NCBI GenBank assembly: GCA_044345405.1
Contig: JBIJBE010000001.1
Coordinates: 114,025 to 178,024 of the forward strand
Length of the DNA stretch: 64,000 nt
Direction: 5' to 3'
From: Bdellovibrionota bacterium
GTDB lineage: Bacteria; Bdellovibrionota_C; UBA2361; OMII01
Each line of letters starts with the position of its first letter. Positions within the stretch are counted from its first letter, which is position 1. The notes below the pieces were generated by a model. The model saw only the letters and a list, made by a program, of their open reading frames with translations, did no database searches and had not been told where the DNA came from. The position numbers were made by a program, and so were the translations under genes. Below are positions 28,705 through 37,641 of the stretch, piece by piece.

Positions 28705-28980
28705 TTACTCCGCGCTAGGTGCGACCGGCCTAAACTTTACCTCGGTAACCCCAGTTGAGTCCTGCGCGAGTAAGCAGAGCTGGGTGAATTGCGCCCCTTT
28801 CTGAAGGTACGCTTCGTCATCTTTGGATCCCGGCTCAAGGAAGAGAGTGTCAGATTCGAAGTGGTACGCCTGAATCCGGCGCATCCTGTCGAGGAGCCCG
28901 AGCTGTAATTTCTCGTCGAGGTCTGCCAAGAACTTCTCCCACAGTACGGGGTTGTTGCCCTTTGCTACTCCATCGCTCAT
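28705..28980 (-). CDS. Small protein resembling the DnaA domain I / DnaX C-terminal fold
   Basis: WEKFLADL helix, then HFESDTLFL strands, helix and V.F strand; SD GGAG. Confidence 0.5.
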   Translation of the reverse strand: MSDGVAKGNNPVLWEKFLADLDEKLQLGLLDRMRRIQAYHFESDTLFLEPGSKDDEAYLQKGAQFTQLCLLAQDSTGVTEVKFRPVAPSAE

Positions 28981-29164
28981 GCTCCACCACTATCCTTTTG
29001 TAACACCTCCCCGTTGGTCGGATGCAAAGAACACCCGCCTGCGAAGGAAGTTGCATTGTGTAAGGGTTTCGGGAACTAAGGTGAAACGTTCGCCGCAGTT
29101 CCTCGTTCAGCCTCTACGATGAGTATACCCTGGGAGGCTTGCCCCCCGAAAGTATCAAAAACTT

Positions 29165-29211
29165 AAGGGCGCGATATGACAGGGAACTTATTCCCTTCAC
29201 GTCGCGCCCTT
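29165..29211 (-). terminator. Two-tier hairpin followed by U-tract on minus strand
   Basis: AAGGGCGCGA/TCGCGCCCTT plus AGGGAA/TTCCCT; A-run at 29157-29161. Confidence 0.7.
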
Positions 29212-29276
29212 GATGTATCGATTTTCCGATACCTAGGAGAATTGCGCAGAGGTGTGACCACCTCTGGAGTAACGAC

Positions 29277-29567
29277 TTACGCTAAAGCGTCGTTAGCGGC
29301 GAACTCTCGAAGCTGAGCTTCGGCTTGTCGCCCGATAGCCTTTCGAAGGCTCTCGCTGTCGAGGTCAAGAGCCTCGCAGATGAACTTGAATGAAAGTGGA
29401 GCGTCAGTTGGTTCCTCGTCCATGAGCCATGAGCGTGCACCTTCACGAACGTCGCCCTCGCCACCGATGAAGTCATGGATTGCCCGTTGAAGAACCGCTG
29501 CAAGTAATCGCAGTTCGGGAATCGCTGCACCAGGGGTCGGAACATCAGAATTTGACCAGAATTTCAT
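29277..29567 (-). CDS. Conserved hypothetical protein, paralogue of 19244..19606
   Basis: PELRLLAAVLQRAIHDF...ARSWLMD...PLSFKFICEALDLDSESLR. Confidence 0.8.
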   Translation of the reverse strand: MKFWSNSDVPTPGAAIPELRLLAAVLQRAIHDFIGGEGDVREGARSWLMDEEPTDAPLSFKFICEALDLDSESLRKAIGRQAEAQLREFAANDALA

Positions 29568-30298
29568 GATTGTTGTCCCATCAAAAAGTTATTCATTCCT
29601 GACCATCGCTCTCTCCGAAAACATTTTCGTCGAGCTCTTGAGCCAGAACACCATCCGTTGTCCGTGTATCCAGACACCAGATAAAACCAACCGCGCCGGT
29701 CTTCCTCTATGACCATCGTCACACCTCTTTCTTCGTTAGTGGGATACACTTTCAAAGATGAGAAGGGTGACCGAACGAGGCGACCTCTCTTACGTTCCAG
29801 TTCGTTTATCGCGAGGCGTGTAACGCGCTTCCGCGATGCGACTTTCAAGTGTTCGCACCGCTTTTGAACCACTCCCAACCCTGACTCAACGGAACAAAAG
29901 TCCTAGGCCCATTCTGTTCTTCAACGGAGGGCGCTCTATGGACTTTTAACTGCTGAGCTACTATCGAGTGCGATTCCCGCTCTAACGGACTGACAACCTA
30001 AAAAGGTTAAACCCTGAGCAAAACCGGACCCGGAGAATAATCCTTGGGGATCTCGTAGGTCAAGGATTATTTTCGTCGCGACTGAGATACTTGAAGAGTG
30101 CTGGTATCTGTCGCCATCTGTCCGTTTATTAGTGGTTGTGGTACCGCTCGTATGAGCCCGAGCGAGAGGTTTGATCCCGATAGCGCCGGCGGAGCTTCGA
30201 GGGAAGGGTGTTTCGGAGCTCATCGGTTGAAAGTTGGCGTCTATTTCTATATGATTTTCAGCGTCTTAACTAGCCTAGTGGCATAAAGGGTCGCGAGC

Positions 30299-31552
30299 GT
30301 GACGAAAATAGCAGTCGATAAAGGAATTGACCTTCTCCATCCAGGAAAAGGTGTTCGAGAGCACTTCCCCTTCTTCACCGAGGGGCCCGGAGGATGTTAC
30401 CTCGATTCCGCGGCGACAACGCAAAAGCCCGCCGTGGTGCTGGACACGCTCCGTGATGTGCTCGTGAATCATAACGCCAACGTACATCGTGGCGCGTATC
30501 GTCTGAGCGCCGTCGCGACTGAGATGTACGACGAGGCACGTCGAAAGATAGCTCGCTATATTGGCGCGCGCTCCGAACGGTCAATTATCTTCACACGGGG
30601 CGCTACCGACGCGATTAATCTCGTGGCGTACGGCTCGGAGCTTCTCTTCCAACCTGGCGACGTGATCCTTCTCACCCTGCTCGAGCACCATAGCAATATC
30701 GTGCCGTGGCAGATGCTCGCTAAGCGCCGTGGGCTCAAGGTGGTATTCACCGAGATCACACCCGAGGGGCGGCTCGATCTGAACGACTTCAAGGCAAAGC
30801 TCTCCTCCTTGAAGCCGAAGTTAGTGGCGTGCACGCAGCTCGCGAACTCCCTCGGGACGATTACGCCGATAGAGGAGGTGGTGCGGCTTTCAAAAGCGTC
30901 AGGAGCGATGACCTTGGTTGATGGCGCGCAGGGGGCCACGCACCTCGGCGTAAACGTGGAGGAGCTTGGGTGCGATTTCTACGTGTGCTCTGGCCACAAG
31001 ATGTACGGACCGACCGGAATCGGCGTCCTCTACGGACGACCGGAGCGTCTTGAGGCGATGCAACCGTTTCTGGGCGGAGGCGATATGATCTCCTTCGTTA
31101 GCGTCGAGGGGGCCGGGTGGGCTGAGGTGCCCCAACGGTTTGAGGCGGGAACTCCGGCGTTCCCTGAGGCGATCGCCCTCGGGGCCGCGGTTGATTTCCT
31201 CTCTCGATTCTCGCGCGCTGAGATTAATCAGCATGAGGTTGATCTGGTGAAGAGCGCGATACAGCTCCTGAAGGGAGAGCAGGGGGTTACCCTTCACGGG
31301 CCAGGCGTTCACGGAGGTGATCAAACCTCGGTGTGCTCCTTCACGATCGATTGTGTTCATCCGCATGATTTCGCCACTATCGCCGATACCCACAACGTTC
31401 AGATCCGAGCGGGCAATCATTGCGCCATGCCCACCCTTCGAAAGTTAGGGGTCCCGGCCACGGTACGAATGAGCTTTGGGATCTACTCATGCGAGGCTGA
31501 CTTTCAAGCGGTTGTGAGCGCGGTGCGAGAAGCGCGGAAGATGTTTTCGTAA
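30299..31552 (+). CDS. sufS: Cysteine desulfurase, SufS type
   Basis: YLDSAATTQKP, ANVHRG, EHHSNIVPWQ, SGHKMYGPTGIG, FEAGTP, RAGNHCA. Confidence 0.93.
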   Translation: MTKIAVDKGIDLLHPGKGVREHFPFFTEGPGGCYLDSAATTQKPAVVLDTLRDVLVNHNANVHRGAYRLSAVATEMYDEARRKIARYIGARSERSIIFTRGATDAINLVAYGSELLFQPGDVILLTLLEHHSNIVPWQMLAKRRGLKVVFTEITPEGRLDLNDFKAKLSSLKPKLVACTQLANSLGTITPIEEVVRLSKASGAMTLVDGAQGATHLGVNVEELGCDFYVCSGHKMYGPTGIGVLYGRPERLEAMQPFLGGGDMISFVSVEGAGWAEVPQRFEAGTPAFPEAIALGAAVDFLSRFSRAEINQHEVDLVKSAIQLLKGEQGVTLHGPGVHGGDQTSVCSFTIDCVHPHDFATIADTHNVQIRAGNHCAMPTLRKLGVPATVRMSFGIYSCEADFQAVVSAVREARKMFS

Positions 31553-31632
31553 GGCGAAGGTCCAGGGAGGGCGACCATTCCTCCCTCGACTGCGCTCGGG
31601 ACAGGCTGCTCGCCGCTCATAGAATCCTACGT

Positions 31633-32214
31633 CTACGTTCCCCCTCGATTCGAAAGCCGCCGGATCGATACTATCGCGATAAAGTTATAGGTCGCATGGG
31701 TCGCCGCCGCGGCAGCGAGGGAGTCGGTGAGAAACCACACGAGCCATAGAACCCCACCTACCGCTGAGTAGAGTGGGATCATGCCACCGTAACGCGTAAA
31801 TGACCCGATAAAATGAACGCACGCGAAGGCGACGCTTGAGACGAGGAGCGCCAGCCAGAGGCCGCCTGAGCCGATGATGAGCACGTTAAGGCTTCCTCGA
31901 AAAAGCGCCTCTTCGCCTATCCCTGAGAGAACGCCGATCCAGAACGCCTGGGCGGGGGTGACCCTGCGGCAGAGTGGCACGACGACCTCGCGACTGAATC
32001 GCGCGTAGACCGAATCGGGATTGGTACGGGTCCACCGCCACAGCAGGTGGTTTCCGATAAGTAGGGGGATAGCCGCGGCTATACCGAGAGCGATCGCCCG
32101 AGCGGATGGGTTCCACGCGATATCCAACGAGAAGGTGTACGCGAGTAGGTACGCGATGACGACGAGGATCGCCTCAGAGACTATGGCTACCAGTAGGATC
32201 GATCCTCGTCTCAT
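31633..32214 (-). CDS. CPBP (Abi/CAAX) intramembrane metalloprotease
   Basis: GEEALFRG, FACVH, HATYN. Confidence 0.88.
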   Translation of the reverse strand: MRRGSILLVAIVSEAILVVIAYLLAYTFSLDIAWNPSARAIALGIAAAIPLLIGNHLLWRWTRTNPDSVYARFSREVVVPLCRRVTPAQAFWIGVLSGIGEEALFRGSLNVLIIGSGGLWLALLVSSVAFACVHFIGSFTRYGGMIPLYSAVGGVLWLVWFLTDSLAAAAATHATYNFIAIVSIRRLSNRGGT

Positions 32215-32222
32215 ATCGGGCG

Positions 32223-32810
32223 CTAGGAGATCGGTGCGAGACCGAGACAGTCAAGGAGTTTGTAGCTTGCGTGCAGGAGCGATTCGCCCAGCGCGCTTTG
32301 TAACTCCGCCGCGAACGCGTAGTGGGCGGTGTTCGTCGCCGTGTAGCTTTCCTCGCACGCTCTCGTCACCTGTCCTTTGTCGTAGAGCTTCGCCGCCAAA
32401 GTTACCGAGGCGGTTGGTTTCCTCATAACGAGTAGGTCATATCCGTTCACGGTGAGATCGCGAATCGTGATCTCAAGCATGCCGCCTGACGCCGTCGTTG
32501 GCTCCTCACTGCAGCGATAGCCGCGCATGCCGCACGCGACTGAGAGTTGCGTGCGGAGGTCTTTGGCGACAGCGGGGGCGTAGACCCGGGTGAGGGGGAT
32601 GACGAAGAAGAGGTATTGATGACCAAGGGAGCGGTCGTTGAATCCCTCTGTTTGAATCCGTATGGGAAGAGCGGAATCAGATACAGAGAGGAGTTTTTCG
32701 AGGCCTGAGGGGGGCTCGACTGGTGGAAGTTCTGAGGCGAAGCAACCGGTTAGGAGCGTTATGAGGGTGAAATTGAGGAGCCACCTGGGCCCGGCGAAGC
32801 GTCTTACCAT
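32223..32810 (-). CDS. Hypothetical lipoprotein
   Basis: Lipobox LLTG-C after a hydrophobic stretch. Confidence 0.65.
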   Translation of the reverse strand: MVRRFAGPRWLLNFTLITLLTGCFASELPPVEPPSGLEKLLSVSDSALPIRIQTEGFNDRSLGHQYLFFVIPLTRVYAPAVAKDLRTQLSVACGMRGYRCSEEPTTASGGMLEITIRDLTVNGYDLLVMRKPTASVTLAAKLYDKGQVTRACEESYTATNTAHYAFAAELQSALGESLLHASYKLLDCLGLAPIS

Positions 32811-32934
32811 AGAAAAACCCCGTTATTGCCCTTCAGTAAGAATAGGGCTGTGGGTACGATAGTATAGGAAGGCGTTAAGGACGGATAGCCACGTTGGGCG
32901 TGTTCTCTTCGTGAGAGCGTGCCACGGTAACGGT

Positions 32935-34245
32935 ATGGATACCAAAGGGGCGAAAAACAGAGAACGGCTCGACCTCGGCTTAGAGGCGATACTCGCCGGA
33001 GCTGAGACTCCACGACCTCCCGAGGTTTCGATCGACCTTGAACTTCCGCACGCGACGCGTGACGGATCCGCATGGACACTCGGAGACGCTCCGCCACAAC
33101 CACCACCAAAAAGTGAATTCGAGTCCCTCGCCGATGAGCGGAAATGGTCAGAGCTTGCTCGCCTCGCCGAAGATCGTCTCGCGAGTGGAGACGATGCTGA
33201 GGCCAAGGTGTGGTGGATTCGCGCGCATCTCGGCGCCTTCTCTATGCCCGTGTCGTTTCTCTCCGCGCCCTTCGAGGCTGTGTGTCGCAAGCTTTCGCCA
33301 GAGGATGTGACAGGGCCGTTCAAGACCATCCTTGAAGAAACGGGTCTGCTTGTTCTGCAACGTCTTCGTGAGGTCAGCGACACCGCGCACCGTAGTGAGG
33401 TACGGAGTTCTCTTGAACGACTCGGTATCAGGGAGTCGCGGGGTGGTCGCGAGCGAGTCGGCACGAGCTCGTTCCGCTCCCTTAAAAGTGTTGTCGCGAG
33501 CAATCCGCAAACCTCGGTGGCGGATGTGCCCGATCTTCGACCTCCGACCGGCACGCGCAAACGGGTGACGTGGACCGGTGTCTGCGTTCTGGTGGTGGTG
33601 TCGCTCCTCGCGCTCGATCGCCTCTTTCCTCATATTCGAACGCCTCAACTCGATATCGCCACAGAGGGCTTTGAGCGGCCGCTATTCGGTGTTGAGCAGG
33701 TAACCGATACCCCCGGACGTAGAGATCCTGGAGGGCGGCTAGGTGCTCTCTTTTATTCGATCGGTGAGGGGGGGCAGACGGATTCGTCGACCTCTCCGCG
33801 GGTCGCCTCGCAACCTCCCGCGGAGCCTCAACCACGTTCCGAGGCGAAGGGTGAGAGCCTTCCGCCTCGTTCGAAGGAGGAGGTGAACACGACGGGGCCC
33901 GTTGAGGGGCCGGAGTTTCGTGAGCGGATCGAACGGGTCCGACCGCCCGCTCCCCAGAGCCGTCGGGAGGAGCTTCAAGGTGGTGCGCCTCAAGCCGTCC
34001 TCCCAAGCGCGCCAACTCGGGAATTCGACGACCATCGGACCTATCGGGTTCTTACGGGTACCTCAGTGCTTTCAGCCCCAAGCTATGGCGGGCGTGTGAT
34101 CGGCCAACTTGAACCGGGTGATCGAGTCCTTGTTGAGGGGAAGCTCGGGCGATGGTTGAGGCTCAGATCAAAGAAGGGACGGGGAGGGTATGTCCTGACG
34201 GCTGACGTCGAGGAGGTTCTCGCAGGTGAAAGCGCCACGAATTAG
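32935..34245 (+). CDS. Bitopic membrane protein with C-terminal bacterial SH3 domain
   Basis: One TM segment, Pro-rich linker, VLSAPSYGGRVIGQLEPGDRVLV...WLRL...GYV. Confidence 0.75.
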   Translation: MDTKGAKNRERLDLGLEAILAGAETPRPPEVSIDLELPHATRDGSAWTLGDAPPQPPPKSEFESLADERKWSELARLAEDRLASGDDAEAKVWWIRAHLGAFSMPVSFLSAPFEAVCRKLSPEDVTGPFKTILEETGLLVLQRLREVSDTAHRSEVRSSLERLGIRESRGGRERVGTSSFRSLKSVVASNPQTSVADVPDLRPPTGTRKRVTWTGVCVLVVVSLLALDRLFPHIRTPQLDIATEGFERPLFGVEQVTDTPGRRDPGGRLGALFYSIGEGGQTDSSTSPRVASQPPAEPQPRSEAKGESLPPRSKEEVNTTGPVEGPEFRERIERVRPPAPQSRREELQGGAPQAVLPSAPTREFDDHRTYRVLTGTSVLSAPSYGGRVIGQLEPGDRVLVEGKLGRWLRLRSKKGRGGYVLTADVEEVLAGESATN

Positions 34246-34323
34246 GAGCATCTCTCCCTGCGGGGCTTTTTCCGCGCAGTAATTTTCCCTATTTAGAGGG
34301 TCCTCTCGACATGTAACCCCGAC

Positions 34324-34352
34324 TTGCCAGCGCCGTTCGTGGGGTCTAGACT
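34324..34352 (+). promoter_or_regulatory. Sigma70-like promoter of alaS
   Basis: TTGCCA-N17-TAGACT. Confidence 0.5.
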
Positions 34353-34432
34353 GCTGCACGCTATAACGATTTTGGCGTTGAGATTGACGAAGTCACCCGG
34401 CCGCACTGGCTCTCCGCCATCCGAGGAAAGGT

Positions 34433-36334
34433 ATGCTGACATCACGAGAAGTTCGCGAAAAATTTATTGAGTTCTGGACCCAAGAGCCCCGCAACTGCGG
34501 CGTCGTTCCTAATATGTCCCTCGTCCCTAATGTAGACTCAACCCTGCTTTTCGTGAACTCGGGTATGTTTCCCCTCGTTCCGTACCTCGGCGGACAACCC
34601 CACCCACTTGGGAAGCGTCTTTGTAATATTCAACGGTGTCTCCGCACAAACTACGAGGACATGCTGGAAGTGGGTGACAACCGCCACACCCTCATGTTCG
34701 AGATGATCGGCGACTGGTCCCTTGGCGATTTCACCAAGGAGCAGCAGATTCCGTGGATCATGGAGCTGTGGGTGAAGGTGTTGGGAATGGATCCCCACCG
34801 TCTCTACGTTTCCGTGTTCGCTGGTGATGAAACCGCGCCGCGCGACGACCTCGCGATCGCGACCTGGAAGAAGGTGTTTCGTGACTACGGCGTTGAGGCC
34901 GAGTTCTGCGAGGATGTATACAACGTGCCGCCGAGCCTCGCCGAGTCGAAGGGATGGAAGTATCACATCTTCCCATACGGCAAGAAAAAGAACTGGTGGC
35001 AGCGCGCCGAGGCTCCAGGAGAGCTCGGTGGCCCCACCTCCGAGATGTTCTATGACCTCGGAACACCTGAGCGCGTTCAGGACAAATATGACATCAACGA
35101 CGACTCTGGTCGCTTCGTGGAGATCGGCAATAACGTCTTCATGGAGTACAAGCTCAACGCGGAGATGAAGTGGGAGCCACTCGCGCAGAAGAATATCGAC
35201 TTCGGTGGTGGATTCGAGCGCGTGTGCATGATCGTTCAGGGTAAGAACGAGATCTTCGAGAGTGATATCTACCGTCCTGTCATCGATCGTGTCGCCGCGT
35301 TGTCAGGTCGTTCGTACAAGACGGACGGCAAGGACAACGAGGACACCGCAGCGTTCCGTGTTATCGCGGATCACGGGCGAGCCGCGACCTTCATCCTCGC
35401 TGATGGCGTTTCCCCATCGAACAAAGATCAGGGGTATATCCTCCGCCGTTTCATCCGCCGTCTCGTTCGATTCGGAAAGAAACTTGGGCTTGAGAAGGAG
35501 TTCACTGCTGAGGTGGCTGACGCCGTTATCAATACTCTTGCGCATGCGTATCCTAACCTTGAGGAGAATCGTCAGGTCGTTCTCCAGAAGATCCACGACG
35601 AGGAGGTCGCTTTTAATCAAACACTCGCGAAGGGACTCAAGGAGCTCTCGAAGATTCAGGCGCAGCTTGAGCCCGGAAAACTCATCTCCGGCGATCAGGC
35701 GTTCTTTATCTACGAGTCCTACGGCTTTCCGCTCGAACTCACACTGGACGAGCTTAAGGTGACTGACGACCAAGCCAAGGAGATCACGAAGGAGTTCGCG
35801 GCCGCTGAGAAGCGGCACCGAGAGCTCTCGCGCACGGGCGCTGAGCAGAAATTTAAGGGCGGCCTTGCGGATCAGTCGCGCGAAACCACGAAGCTTCACA
35901 CCGCGCATCACCTCCTGCTCGCGGCGATGCAAAAGATCGTCGACCCCAACATTCGCCAGAAGGGAAGCAATATCACCGCGGAGCGGCTCCGTATGGATTT
36001 TAACCTCGATCGTAAGATGACCCCCGAGGAGATCGCCAAAGTAGAGGAGCTGGTGAACCAGCAGATCAGCGAAAGCTTGCCGGTTGCGCGCGTTGAGATG
36101 CCACGCGAGGAGGCTGAGGCTCTCGGCGCTCAGATGGAGTTCGGCGCGAAGTATCCCGATATTGTGAGTGTGTACTTCGTGGGTGATCAGAAAAATTGGT
36201 TCTCCGCGGAGTTCTGTGGCGGCCCACACGTTTCCTCAACTGGGGAGATCGCGGAGGGCGCAAAGCGCTTCAAGATCCAAAAGCAAGAGAACGTCGGCGC
36301 TGGTATTAAGCGTGTTAAGGCCGCGTTGCTGTAA
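34433..36334 (+). CDS. alaS: Alanine--tRNA ligase, short form lacking C-Ala
   Basis: LLFVNSGM, QRCLRT, IADHGRA, GYILRRFIRR, YESYGFP; editing motifs HTAHH and CGGPH; ends after the editing domain. Confidence 0.93.
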   Translation: MLTSREVREKFIEFWTQEPRNCGVVPNMSLVPNVDSTLLFVNSGMFPLVPYLGGQPHPLGKRLCNIQRCLRTNYEDMLEVGDNRHTLMFEMIGDWSLGDFTKEQQIPWIMELWVKVLGMDPHRLYVSVFAGDETAPRDDLAIATWKKVFRDYGVEAEFCEDVYNVPPSLAESKGWKYHIFPYGKKKNWWQRAEAPGELGGPTSEMFYDLGTPERVQDKYDINDDSGRFVEIGNNVFMEYKLNAEMKWEPLAQKNIDFGGGFERVCMIVQGKNEIFESDIYRPVIDRVAALSGRSYKTDGKDNEDTAAFRVIADHGRAATFILADGVSPSNKDQGYILRRFIRRLVRFGKKLGLEKEFTAEVADAVINTLAHAYPNLEENRQVVLQKIHDEEVAFNQTLAKGLKELSKIQAQLEPGKLISGDQAFFIYESYGFPLELTLDELKVTDDQAKEITKEFAAAEKRHRELSRTGAEQKFKGGLADQSRETTKLHTAHHLLLAAMQKIVDPNIRQKGSNITAERLRMDFNLDRKMTPEEIAKVEELVNQQISESLPVARVEMPREEAEALGAQMEFGAKYPDIVSVYFVGDQKNWFSAEFCGGPHVSSTGEIAEGAKRFKIQKQENVGAGIKRVKAALL

Positions 36335-36695
36335 TAAGCGTTGCCGCAGCCGCGTGAGCGCGTGTCGGTAAGGATCTTCACGCCAGCCGTATGGTACGAG
36401 GGTGTTCTACCTGCCGCCCGTTTCCTGCCCAGCGCTCTCCCGGTCCCTCTTTCTCGACTCTTTGTCTACGAGCAGGGCTCGGGAACCCTTGGGGACTACG
36501 TTGCCGCTCTATCTCTCGCCACCTACTTTCCTCGTCCATTCACCGTTCACCGTTGATGCCGGATAGCGGAGGCGTTGATTCCCTTCTCCCGGGGCCACAA
36601 CGATAGTTCTGGCGCCCCAGGTCCGTTATCCCCATACTGGAAGGGCACCCTCTTTCGTCTCCGTTGAGAGGGGCGCTCTCGTAAAAGGGTTCATC

Positions 36696-37007
36696 ATGCG
36701 AATATTTTTGCTCTCTGTAATGGGTTGTCTTCTTGTGCCTCTTGGGGACGCCGACGCTCAGACCGCCCTTCCTAAGGAGGGTACCTGCCCCGCTGGCTTT
36801 TACACGAGTGGGAAGTATTGTGTCCCTATCAAAGATGACGCGCATCCGGCGATGCTCCGAGCGGGGCAATGCCCAAGCGGATATTACACGAGCGGTAAGT
36901 ATTGCGTCGCTACCAGGAAGGATGCTCCCCCCGCTGTGCCTAAAAACGGAACGTGCCCGAGCGGTTACTACACCTCGGGATCGCACTGCCTGAAAAATAA
37001 GCGATAG
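36696..37007 (+). CDS. Small secreted protein with three 28-aa Cys repeats
   Basis: Signal peptide; CPAGFYTSGKYC, CPSGYYTSGKYC, CPSGYYTSGSHC. Confidence 0.85.
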   Translation: MRIFLLSVMGCLLVPLGDADAQTALPKEGTCPAGFYTSGKYCVPIKDDAHPAMLRAGQCPSGYYTSGKYCVATRKDAPPAVPKNGTCPSGYYTSGSHCLKNKR

Positions 37008-37011
37008 CTCT

Positions 37012-37641
37012 CTAAAAATCGAAGCGATAGATATCGTCGATTGGGCTGCCCGGGTCTACCTTGTACAGGCTCTTCAAAAGACCATCGCTAATCCCGTACA
37101 CCCATCCATGAAGAATGGGACGACGCTCCTCGTGCCAAGCTTTCTGAATCACATTTGTCTTCATCAAATTCTTGAGTTGCTCGTGAATATTGATCTCCAC
37201 CAGTTTGTCCGCTTGCTGCTCGAGGTCTCCAGCGTGCGTTACTAAGTCCTTGTTGTCGTGATACGAATCCTTGATCTGGCGCAGCCACTCATCGAGAACT
37301 CCATATCGGTGAGATGATAGCGCCGCTTTAATACCGCCACAGCCGTAATGGCCACACACGATAACGTGTTTAACCTTCAGGTATTCAACCGCGAATGTGA
37401 GTACGCTCAAGAGGTTGAAGTCGGTGTGATTGACTAGGTTGGCGATATTTCTATGGGTGAAGATCTCACCTGGAGCGGTCCCTGTGATCTCCTCCGCGGG
37501 CACTCTACTATCTGAGCATCCAATCCAAAGGAACTCAGGCTTCTGCTCCTTGGCGAGGTCGCCGAAGAAGTTCGGTGAGAGCGACACCTTCTCCTGAACC
37601 CACGCTTTGTTGGCCAGAAGGAGCCGCTTGTACTTATCCAT
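37012..37641 (-). CDS. can: Beta-class carbonic anhydrase
   Basis: WIGCSDSRVP, HRNIAN, CGHYGCGG. Confidence 0.93.
   Translation of the reverse strand: MDKYKRLLLANKAWVQEKVSLSPNFFGDLAKEQKPEFLWIGCSDSRVPAEEITGTAPGEIFTHRNIANLVNHTDFNLLSVLTFAVEYLKVKHVIVCGHYGCGGIKAALSSHRYGVLDEWLRQIKDSYHDNKDLVTHAGDLEQQADKLVEINIHEQLKNLMKTNVIQKAWHEERRPILHGWVYGISDGLLKSLYKVDPGSPIDDIYRFDF

Noticed and set aside
35303-36229. 308-aa antisense ORF within alaS (similarly 13410..14138 within tyrS)
   Set aside because: Shadow ORFs arising from GC-biased codon usage; no motifs.
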